DNA of 64,000 bases, from NCBI GenBank assembly GCA_046160785.1, contig JBJXHE010000076.1, positions 8,220 through 72,219 of the forward strand, read 5' to 3'. Each line of letters starts with the position of its first letter. Position 1 is the stretch's first letter. Of this stretch, positions 24,529 to 31,669 are shown piece by piece. The position numbers were made by a program, and so were the translations under genes. Below the pieces are notes generated by a model, which searched no databases, had not been told where the DNA came from, and saw nothing but the letters and a program-made list of their open reading frames with translations. The stretch is from Planctomycetota bacterium. Lineage in GTDB: Bacteria > Planctomycetota > UBA1135 > JACQFD01.

Positions 24529-24553
24529 AAGTAGCTGTCTCGCGCGCGAATGT

Positions 24554-24952
24554 TTATTTGATGCTTGCGGCAGCGCCGGCTTTCGTGAGCTGATCTTTAA
24601 TTTTCGCGGCGTCGTCCTTGGAAACGCCGGTCTTGACGGGCTTCGGTGCGCCCTCGACAAGATCCTTAGCTTCCTTGAGGCCGAGTCCGGTGATCGCACG
24701 AACTTCTTTAATAACGTTAATCTTTTGGGTTGCATCCGGAACCTTATCCAAAACGACATCAAATGCCGTCTTTTCTTCGGCAGGAGCCGCGGCTGCGCCG
24801 CCACCCCCGGCAGGCGAACCTGCCATCATCGCGACGGGAGCCGCCGCGGTTACGCCAAATTTAGTTTCGAACGCGTCCTTGAACTCTTTGAGTTCGAGAA
24901 GAGAGATCTTCTCAAACTTACTAATGAGTTCTTCCACCAGTGCACTTGTCAT
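24554..24952 (-). CDS. rplL: 50S ribosomal protein L7/L12
   Basis: N-terminal dimerisation helix, Ala/Gly/Pro hinge, C-terminal [31 protein letters not shown]. Confidence 0.95.
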   Translation of the reverse strand: MTSALVEELISKFEKISLLELKEFKDAFETKFGVTAAAPVAMMAGSPAGGGGAAAAPAEEKTAFDVVLDKVPDATQKINVIKEVRAITGLGLKEAKDLVEGAPKPVKTGVSKDDAAKIKDQLTKAGAAASIK

Positions 24953-25080
24953 GGAATTATTAAAAGTAGAAAAATTGTGGTGAAACGGGAATTGTAAAAA
25001 CGGGTTTTATTGATCGGTATTTGTAGTGAAAGCAATCTTTCAATTGACTTCAATACAATTGAATTCGCGCAATCTTACAG

Positions 25081-25641
25081 TTATTCCGCCTGCGCGGGCG
25101 CGGCACCTCCCTCTTCCTTCTCGCGCTTCTCGATAAGAGCGGCGGCGAGGCGGGCGGGAACAGCCAGCGCCGACTGGGCGAGGCTCGGAACATTAGCAGC
25201 GGTTCCGGTGATCGCTCCAAGAACCATACTTAACAATTCTTTCTTTCCGGGAAGGCCGGCGAGCGCGCGAACCTGTTCTGGGCTCAAAACCTTGCCTTGC
25301 AGATATCCGCCGCGAACTTCAATTCCGGGCATATTCTTATTCTTTCGCGCGGTTTCAAAAACCTTCGCCGCCGCAAGCACTTGCTCAATATTACCAAAAG
25401 CAACCGCTGTCGGCCCTTTTAACAAATTGAGAGCCTCGGGCGTGACGTGCTTTTCCATCGCGCGCCGGGCCAGCCGATTCTTAATAACGTTGAACCGGAC
25501 GTTTTCTTTACGAAGCGTCTTGCGAAGCTCGCGATCGGGCGCCGGAGCGTGTTTCTCGTATTTTACAAATATTGCGGATTCGAGCGACGAGAACTTCTTC
25601 TCGTACTCGGACAGCATCTTTGTATTGATGAAATTAGGCAT
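25081..25641 (-). CDS. rplJ: 50S ribosomal protein L10
   Basis: 186 aa immediately upstream of rplL. L10-like LRKTLRKENVRFNVIKN and FGNIEQVLAAAKV stretches. Confidence 0.93.
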   Translation of the reverse strand: MPNFINTKMLSEYEKKFSSLESAIFVKYEKHAPAPDRELRKTLRKENVRFNVIKNRLARRAMEKHVTPEALNLLKGPTAVAFGNIEQVLAAAKVFETARKNKNMPGIEVRGGYLQGKVLSPEQVRALAGLPGKKELLSMVLGAITGTAANVPSLAQSALAVPARLAAALIEKREKEEGGAAPAQAE

Positions 25642-25697
25642 TTCTATAAAATTCGAAAACTAATATTCTTTTGGGAATTGTTTTTTTAGTATTTAGA

Positions 25698-26384
25698 TTA
25701 TGCGTGGAATTCGAGCGCGATCCCGGGGCCCATCGTCGACGAGATAACAATTTTACGAATAAAAATGCCTTTCGCTGAGGGCGGGCGCATGTGGCGGATA
25801 TGATCGACAAAAGAATTAATATTCGATTCTAAGTCTTCCGGCTGGAACGAGCGCTTGCCGACGGGCGCGTGAACGGTGCCGCCTGCGTCGGTGCGGAATT
25901 CAACCTTTCCAGCTTTAAACTCGCGAACGGCCTGCGCGACGTCGGGTGTTACAGTTCCTGACTTCGGCGACGGCATTTTTCCCTGCGGACCGAGCACCTT
26001 TCCTAACTTTCCGACGTGTTTCATCATATCGGGCGATGCGATGACGACGTCGAAGTCGGTCCAGCCATCATTAATTTTCTTTGCTAAGTCTTCGGATCCG
26101 ACGAAATCAGCGCCCACGGCTTTCGCTTCCTCAGCGCGAGCGCCTTCCGCGAAAACGGCAACTTTCACTGACTTTCCAAGTCCCTTTGGCAATGAAACGG
26201 CGCCGCGAACTAACTGATCCGATTTCTTAGGATCAATACCGAGGTGAATTGCAACATCGACGGTTTCATCAAATTTCACCGGCGGAATTGATTTTAATAA
26301 ATTGACGCCGTCGCGCACCGGGTAGACCTTCGTGCGGTCGACTTTTTCGGCGGCTTTTCGGAATCGTTTGCTGGCTAGGACCAT
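25698..26384 (-). CDS. rplA: 50S ribosomal protein L1
   Basis: FDETVDVAIHLGIDPKKSDQLVRGAVSLPKGLGK and MPSPKSGTVT motifs. Confidence 0.95.
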   Translation of the reverse strand: MVLASKRFRKAAEKVDRTKVYPVRDGVNLLKSIPPVKFDETVDVAIHLGIDPKKSDQLVRGAVSLPKGLGKSVKVAVFAEGARAEEAKAVGADFVGSEDLAKKINDGWTDFDVVIASPDMMKHVGKLGKVLGPQGKMPSPKSGTVTPDVAQAVREFKAGKVEFRTDAGGTVHAPVGKRSFQPEDLESNINSFVDHIRHMRPPSAKGIFIRKIVISSTMGPGIALEFHA

Positions 26385-26456
26385 TGTTATATTAATTAGC
26401 GCTAAATAATGTTAGTTGCTTAATTGTTGTATTATATCGTTGTCTTAATTGTAATA

Positions 26457-26882
26457 TTAGCCTTCGATGGCGATGCCGCTCGAACGCGCGGTGCCTTCGA
26501 CCATGCGCATCGCGGCTTCAACAGTGTTAGCGTTGAGGTCGGCCATTTTTTGTTGTGCAATTTCGCGAACCTGCGCGCGTGTTACTTTTCCTGCGACCTC
26601 TTTCCCAGGATTGTGCGCAGCTGTAGCAAGCGACGCGGCCTTCTTTAACAAAACTGCCGCGGGCGGCGATTTTGTTATAAACGTGAAGGTGCGATCTGTA
26701 AAAACCGAAATCTCGACCGGGATCGTGATTCCACCGGCGGTTTTTGTACGATCGTTAAATTGGCGAACAAAATCACCAATATTGACGCCGTGCGCGCCGA
26801 GGGCGGGACCCACCGGCGGAGCCGGTGTTGCCTGGCCGCCAGGGCACTGCAACTTAATCTTAACTTTTAGTTCTTTGGCCAC
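26457..26882 (-). CDS. rplK: 50S ribosomal protein L11
   Basis: [26 protein letters not shown] motif. Confidence 0.96.
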   Translation of the reverse strand: MAKELKVKIKLQCPGGQATPAPPVGPALGAHGVNIGDFVRQFNDRTKTAGGITIPVEISVFTDRTFTFITKSPPAAVLLKKAASLATAAHNPGKEVAGKVTRAQVREIAQQKMADLNANTVEAAMRMVEGTARSSGIAIEG

Positions 26883-27034
26883 GATGATGGATTGTTAATT
26901 TTACGGGTGTTTCGAGATCCGCGGTGATTCCGGGAAAAAGGGCGAGCACGATACCGAAGCGTCACAATTTTTGCGAGCGCGGAGTTTCGACTCTCTTTGA
27001 AATTAGAGCCGGGGAGTTTCCTCTCCCTTCGAAA

Positions 27035-27586
27035 TCAGACCGGCTCCACTTTCCAGTATTCGATCTCAACTGGGTTTGCGCGGCCAAAGATCGTGACCAT
27101 CACGCGGACGCGGCCGCGCTCGGCATCGACCTCTTCAACGACGCCTTCGAAGCCTTCGAAGGGTCCTTCCTGAATCTTAACATGATCGTTTTTGGAGAAG
27201 CCGATGGAGAGCGTCGGGCTTACGTCGGACCGCTCCATTTGACTAAGAATCTTTCGGACCTCTTCGTCGGACATTGCCGACGGATGGCTGTGGGTGCCGA
27301 GAACGTCGCCGAATCCAGGCGTCTCGCGGACGAGCGACCAAATCTCCATCGTGCGCTCTTGATCATTATCATCAAGGTCCGCTTCGATCATAACATATCC
27401 GGGAAGGATTTTTTTATGAGTAATGCGTTTGCGGCCGGATTTGATTTCATTAACTTTCTCCGTTGGAACTAATACTGCTGGAATGCGGGTTTCCATTCCG
27501 GAAGCTTTAATGCGTTTTGTTAAACTTTCACGAACTCGGTCCTCTTTTCCGGACTGAACTCGAACGACGTACCAACGGAGCACCAT
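27035..27586 (-). CDS. nusG: transcription termination/antitermination factor NusG
   Basis: WYVVRVQSGKEDRV (NGN domain), LPGYVMIEA, and a C-terminal KOW (NDHVKIQEGPFEGFEGVV). Conserved secE-nusG-rplK context. Confidence 0.93.
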   Translation of the reverse strand: MVLRWYVVRVQSGKEDRVRESLTKRIKASGMETRIPAVLVPTEKVNEIKSGRKRITHKKILPGYVMIEADLDDNDQERTMEIWSLVRETPGFGDVLGTHSHPSAMSDEEVRKILSQMERSDVSPTLSIGFSKNDHVKIQEGPFEGFEGVVEEVDAERGRVRVMVTIFGRANPVEIEYWKVEPV

Positions 27587-27678
27587 TTTCGTCTCTCAGG
27601 GTTTGACGGGGAAACTACGGAGACAATTGATAAGATCAAGCCGCGGCGCATTTGTTAAAATTAACGACGCAGCACAAG

Positions 27679-27702
27679 GGGCATTATAATTATAGAATGC
27701 CC
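27679..27702 (-). other. 7-bp hairpin between secE and nusG
   Basis: gggcatt (27679-27685) / aatgccc (27696-27702), AT-rich 10-nt loop, ~10 nt after the secE stop. No U-tract. Confidence 0.3.
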
Positions 27703-27711
27703 GCTTCATTA

Positions 27712-28209
27712 TTATTTTCCGAAGAAAATGACATCAAACGACTTTCCAATTGCCATGTCATAAACGCCGAGCAAAATAAACAAAATGAGCACGCAAACAA
27801 GGACAACGATCGACGCGCTCATCGTGTCGCGAAACGTCGGCCATGTTACTTTTCGAAGCTCTCCTTCCGTTTCGATGAGAGAATCAGCAATTTTTTGTTT
27901 ATTAAGTATGATTTGGAGCCCGGCGATGCTCAGTAAGAATACGGCAAATGCAACTAATGACGCCGCAATAAACGATGTTTCGACGAGCGGCAGTTCGTTA
28001 ATAATCGGCCGGCGCAGCCATTCTGCCCAGCCATAGCGCAAGTCGGCCAGCGTCTCGGAAAGCCGGTAGCAGCCGTAACCTATTAAGAATGTTAGTATCC
28101 AAAAAGTAGCCATTCGGACGTACCGGCCCTGGTCGGGCTTGTACATCTTCAGCTTGCTAAGGATACCTGTTCCGTTTTCGATCGTCGCCGCGTGGGATTC
28201 CACGTTCAT
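27712..28209 (-). CDS. secE: preprotein translocase subunit SecE (three-TM long form)
   Basis: C-terminal ELRKVTWPTFRDTMSASIVVLVCVLILFILLG is the conserved SecE TM/hinge. Two extra N-terminal hydrophobic segments. Position between rpmG and nusG fits. Confidence 0.8.
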   Translation of the reverse strand: MNVESHAATIENGTGILSKLKMYKPDQGRYVRMATFWILTFLIGYGCYRLSETLADLRYGWAEWLRRPIINELPLVETSFIAASLVAFAVFLLSIAGLQIILNKQKIADSLIETEGELRKVTWPTFRDTMSASIVVLVCVLILFILLGVYDMAIGKSFDVIFFGK

Positions 28210-28292
28210 TACCTAAAGGATTGTTAAAGAATTGCCGGAAGGTTTCGGGCAAAAAAAAGAATAGATATACTCCGAAATGTTACAGTGAATTA

Positions 28293-28451
28293 TTACAGTT
28301 TCTTTTCTTTGTGCATCTGATGAGATCCACAAAAACGACAAAACTTTCGAAGTTCGAGCTTATAGCCCGATTTTTGTCGTTTAAAAGTTGTATAATTTCG
28401 GTTGCTACAAACCGAACATTCTAAGAAAACGTAGCGTTCCTTGTTTTTCAT
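28293..28451 (-). CDS. rpmG: 50S ribosomal protein L33 (zinc-ribbon form); below the ORF-track size cutoff
   Basis: Hand translation: MKNKERYVFLECSVCSNRNYTTFKRQKSGYKLELRKFCRFCGSHQMHKEKKL (52 aa, ATG 28451, TAA 28293). L33 pattern C-x2-C..RNY..KLEL.KFC.xC..H..HKE. Classic tuf-rpmG-secE context. Confidence 0.88.
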   Translation of the reverse strand: MKNKERYVFLECSVCSNRNYTTFKRQKSGYKLELRKFCRFCGSHQMHKEKKL

Positions 28452-28580
28452 GGCAGGAGGTTTTTCATAGCGCGGACATTAAAAGTTAAATGAGTCGAGT
28501 TGTCCCGTCGGTGCAACAGGCCTGCCGCATCCCTTTGGATTTCGACAGGCCCGCAAGCGACATAACGGTCAAAACTACTA

Positions 28581-28630
28581 ATCGCAAAGTTTTGAATCGT
28601 CGAGCGGTTCGAGAGTCGAACCGTTGCGAT
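28581..28630 (-). other. compound stem-loop immediately after the tuf stop
   Basis: Perfect 8-bp hairpin cggttcga-gag-tcgaaccg (28605-28623), stacked on a 7-bp outer helix atcgcaa (28581-28587) / ttgcgat (28624-28630). No U-tract. Confidence 0.35.
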
Positions 28631-28639
28631 GCAAAGCTA

Positions 28640-29839
28640 CTATTCGAGAATCTTAGTAACGACGCCGGCGCCGACCGTTTTTCCACCTTCGCGGATAGCG
28701 AAGCGTGTCTGGTCTTCCATAGCAATCGGCGAGATGAGCGTTACTTCAACTTTAACATTGTCGCCAGGCATGCACATTTCCGCGCCGCCGAGCAACTTTA
28801 CAGATCCGGTCACGTCCGTTGTACGGATGTAAAACTGCGGACGGTAATTGTTAAAGAACGGCGTGTGGCGTCCGCCCTCTTCTTTCGAGAGAACGTACAC
28901 TTCCGCCTCAAACTTAATATGCGGCGTGATCGATCCGGGCTTCGCAACGACCATTCCGCGTTCGAGTTGTTCCTTTTCAATTCCGCGCAAGAGAATACCA
29001 ACGTTGTCGCCGGCCATGCCCTCGTCGAGAGTCTTTTGGAACATTTCAATTCCGGTAACTGTAGTCTTTAACGATTCTTTCGTGAAGCCGATGACTTCCG
29101 CGGGATCGCCAACTTTACATTTGCCGCGCTCGATACGCCCGGTTCCTACAGTTCCGCGACCCTTGATCGAGAACACGTCTTCGATCGACATTAAGAATGG
29201 CTTTTCGTCTTCGCGCTTCGGATCGGGAATAAATGTATCAAGAGTCTTTACGAGCTCAGCGATACATTTCGACGCCTCTGGATCCTTAGGATTCTGGTAC
29301 GCGCGCAGCGACTGGCCGCGAATGATCGGAGTCGTTTCGCCAGGGAATCCGTACTTTGTTAACAAATCGCGAATTTCAGCTTCGACGAGTTCTAACAAAT
29401 CCGGGTCGTCGACGAGATCGACTTTGTTTAAGAATACTACAATTGCAGGAACGTTAACTTGGCGCGCTAACAATAAGTGTTCGCGCGTCTGGGGCATCGG
29501 GCCGTCCGCCGCGCTCACGACGAGAATCGCGCCGTCCATCTGTGCTGCGCCGGTGATCATATTTTTGATATAATCGGCGTGTCCCGGGCAATCGATGTGC
29601 GCGTAGTGGCGCTTATCGGATTCATATTCAACGTGAGCCACCGCGATCGTCACGGTTTTTGTAGCGTCACGCTCAGTACCGCCCTTGGCGATATCTTTAT
29701 AATCCTTTGCCTTTGCCTGTCCTTTGGCGGCCTGAACGGCACACAGCGCGGCCGTTAAAGTAGTTTTGCCATGGTCAATGTGACCAATCGTACCCACGTT
29801 GACGTGCGGCTTCGTACGCTTGAAGACCTCTTTTGCCAT
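28640..29839 (-). CDS. tuf: translation elongation factor Tu
   Basis: [25 protein letters not shown] and the full EF-Tu domain II/III sequence. Confidence 0.98.
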   Translation of the reverse strand: MAKEVFKRTKPHVNVGTIGHIDHGKTTLTAALCAVQAAKGQAKAKDYKDIAKGGTERDATKTVTIAVAHVEYESDKRHYAHIDCPGHADYIKNMITGAAQMDGAILVVSAADGPMPQTREHLLLARQVNVPAIVVFLNKVDLVDDPDLLELVEAEIRDLLTKYGFPGETTPIIRGQSLRAYQNPKDPEASKCIAELVKTLDTFIPDPKREDEKPFLMSIEDVFSIKGRGTVGTGRIERGKCKVGDPAEVIGFTKESLKTTVTGIEMFQKTLDEGMAGDNVGILLRGIEKEQLERGMVVAKPGSITPHIKFEAEVYVLSKEEGGRHTPFFNNYRPQFYIRTTDVTGSVKLLGGAEMCMPGDNVKVEVTLISPIAMEDQTRFAIREGGKTVGAGVVTKILE

Positions 29840-29984
29840 CGCCTTATCAGTAGTTAGTTGGAGAGAGTTTGTTATAGATAGGAAAACATGAATGCTGGTT
29901 CTGACGACAACCGCCGTTTGTTAACATCCTGCCGCAGCATTTATTACTATAGTTTGCTTCTATAGTCTCATTTGCCGAAGCTGA

Positions 29985-30060
29985 TGGAGCTGCAGATGGG
30001 ATTTGAACCCATGACCTCCTCCTTACCAAGGAGGTGCTCTACCAACTGAGCTACTGCAGC
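29985..30060 (-). tRNA. tRNA-Thr (anticodon GGU), CCA encoded
   Basis: Minus-strand read GCTGCAGTAGCTCAGTTGGTAGAGCACCTCCTTGGTAAGGAGGAGGTCATGGGTTCAAATCCCATCTGCAGCTCCA folds as a cloverleaf by hand (7-bp acceptor, TTGGTAA anticodon loop, TTCAAAT T-loop). Confidence 0.93.
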
Positions 30061-30081
30061 AGGTTGTTAATAATCAAAGGC

Positions 30082-30157
<76 letters not shown>

Positions 30158-30232
30158 CCGTTGATTGACGCAAGGAAACAAATAATAAATATTAAAGATC
30201 GTTAGTGTTCGAGTGTCGGATTAGTTACAAAT

Positions 30233-30318
30233 TGGTGGGCACAGAAGGATTCGAACCTTCGAAGGCATAAGCCACCAGATTTACAGTCTAGCCCCTTTGG
30301 CCACTCGGGTATGTGCCC
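30233..30318 (-). tRNA. tRNA-Tyr (anticodon GUA), long variable arm, CCA encoded
   Basis: GGGCACATACCCGAGTGGCCAAAGGGGCTAGACTGTAAATCTGGTGGCTTATGCCTTCGAAGGTTCGAATCCTTCTGTGCCCACCA. Anticodon loop CTGTAAA. Confidence 0.92.
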
Positions 30319-30355
30319 GCTCCGATGCTACCGCCAATACTACAGTTAACGCACT

Positions 30356-30430
30356 TGGAGCCGGCGGCGGGATTTGAACCCGCAACCACCTGATTACAAA
30401 TCAGGTGCGCTACCGTTGCGCCACACCGGC
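30356..30430 (-). tRNA. tRNA-Thr (anticodon UGU), CCA encoded
   Basis: GCCGGTGTGGCGCAACGGTAGCGCACCTGATTTGTAATCAGGTGGTTGCGGGTTCAAATCCCGCCGCCGGCTCCA. Anticodon loop TTTGTAA. Confidence 0.93.
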
Positions 30431-30483
30431 TTGGGGTTCGCCCGGATGAGAGCGCGACGAAGATAGGGGCGCGCAAAGAGCGG

Positions 30484-31659
30484 TCAAGGACTTTCTACTT
30501 TTGCGCCGGGCGGCGGTGTTCCCTCAAGATTAAGAATCCGGGATTTCCATTCGTTAAACGAAGCGGCCATCGCGCCCATCGTGTCGCCGCCGAACTTTTC
30601 AATAAACGCTTTTGCTATTTCAAAAGCGACGACGCTTTCGGCTACGACACTCGCGGCTGGCACCGAGCAAACGTCGGATCGCTGATACGTCGCTGGCGCC
30701 TGCGCGCGCGTTTTCAAATCTACAGATCGAGCGCCCTTTTTCATTGTTGGTATTGGCTTCATCGCAATTCTAACAATGACGGGTTCGCCGTTCGTCATTC
30801 CGCCTTCCAGGCCGCCCGCGCGATTTGTATTTCTATAAAAACCGCCGTTCGGCTTATTCTTATCATAACAAATCTCGTCGTGGACCTCGCTTCCCATCCG
30901 CCGCGCGGCATCGAATCCAAGCCCGATTTCGACGCCCTTCACGGCGGGTATCGACATGAGCGCGCTTGCAAGGCGCCCGTCCAAACGCAAATCACTACTC
31001 ATAAAACTGCCGAGTCCGGCCGGCGCGCCAATCACTACAATTTCGATGATTCCGCCGAGCGAATCGCCGCCGGCCGTAGCGGCTTCTATCAATTGTAAAA
31101 ACTTCGCGTCGGCGTCCGAATCTAAACTATAAAACGGCGACGCGTCGCGGATATTTTTAGCATTCGCCTCGAGCGCGCCGCCCGACGTTACAATTCCTCC
31201 GATTTCGCGAACGTATGCAAAAACGTCCATATTAAATTCGCGCAGCAACACCATCGCGAGCGCGCCGGCCGCGGTGCGGGCGGCGGTTTCGCGGGCGCTT
31301 GCTCGTTCGAGCACGGCGCGAATGTCGGTATTTGTAAATTTTAAGATTCCGGAAAGGTCCGCGTGCCCTGGCCGCGGAACTGTTGGATTCGGCAGCGATT
31401 CGATCAGCGCGTCCTGGTTTTGTATCATCATCGCGATCGGCGAACCGAGCGTCACTCCCCCCTTTAGTCCGCTCAATATTTGTATAATGTCTTTTTCGAT
31501 CGCCTGGCGTTTGCTGCGGCCGGGGCCCTTCTGGCGCCGCGCCAGCTGTAGATTTATCAAATCCGCGTCAAACCGGAGGCCCGCCGGCAAACCTTCAACG
31601 ATTGTTAGTAATGCGGGGCCGTGCGATTCCCCCGCCGTTTTGTAGGAAAGGTTGGTCAC
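30484..31659 (-). CDS. aroC: chorismate synthase
   Basis: TAGESHGPALLTIVEGLPAG start region, RPGHADL and GRSSARETA-like (LERASARETAAR) motifs. Length fits the family. Confidence 0.93.
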   Translation of the reverse strand: MTNLSYKTAGESHGPALLTIVEGLPAGLRFDADLINLQLARRQKGPGRSKRQAIEKDIIQILSGLKGGVTLGSPIAMMIQNQDALIESLPNPTVPRPGHADLSGILKFTNTDIRAVLERASARETAARTAAGALAMVLLREFNMDVFAYVREIGGIVTSGGALEANAKNIRDASPFYSLDSDADAKFLQLIEAATAGGDSLGGIIEIVVIGAPAGLGSFMSSDLRLDGRLASALMSIPAVKGVEIGLGFDAARRMGSEVHDEICYDKNKPNGGFYRNTNRAGGLEGGMTNGEPVIVRIAMKPIPTMKKGARSVDLKTRAQAPATYQRSDVCSVPAASVVAESVVAFEIAKAFIEKFGGDTMGAMAASFNEWKSRILNLEGTPPPGAKVESP

Positions 31660-31669
31660 GTTTAAGAGT

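Noticed and set aside
24338-24997. 219-aa plus-strand ORF spanning the rplL-rpoB spacer and antisense rplL, plus a 119-aa minus-strand alternate-frame ORF at 24445-24804.
   Set aside because: Most of each overlaps the clearly real rplL. The spacer part coincides with RNA-type inverted repeats rather than coding periodicity.
28452-28639. Expected a tRNA-Trp (anticodon CCA) between tuf and rpmG. Also considered a UCA-anticodon tRNA around gattcaaaac.
   Set aside because: Around both candidate anticodons the flanking 5-nt segments do not pair. The only TTCGA sequences belong to a perfect 8-bp/3-nt-loop hairpin rather than a 5-bp/7-nt T-arm, and no 7-bp acceptor stem at the right spacing exists on either strand.
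28490-29573. Long plus-strand ORFs (193 aa at 28490-29071 and 241 aa at 28848-29573) opposite tuf.
   Set aside because: They lie antisense to an unmistakable EF-Tu gene and have low-complexity Arg/Ser/Ala-rich translations with no motifs. This is typical of open antisense frames in GC3-biased genes.
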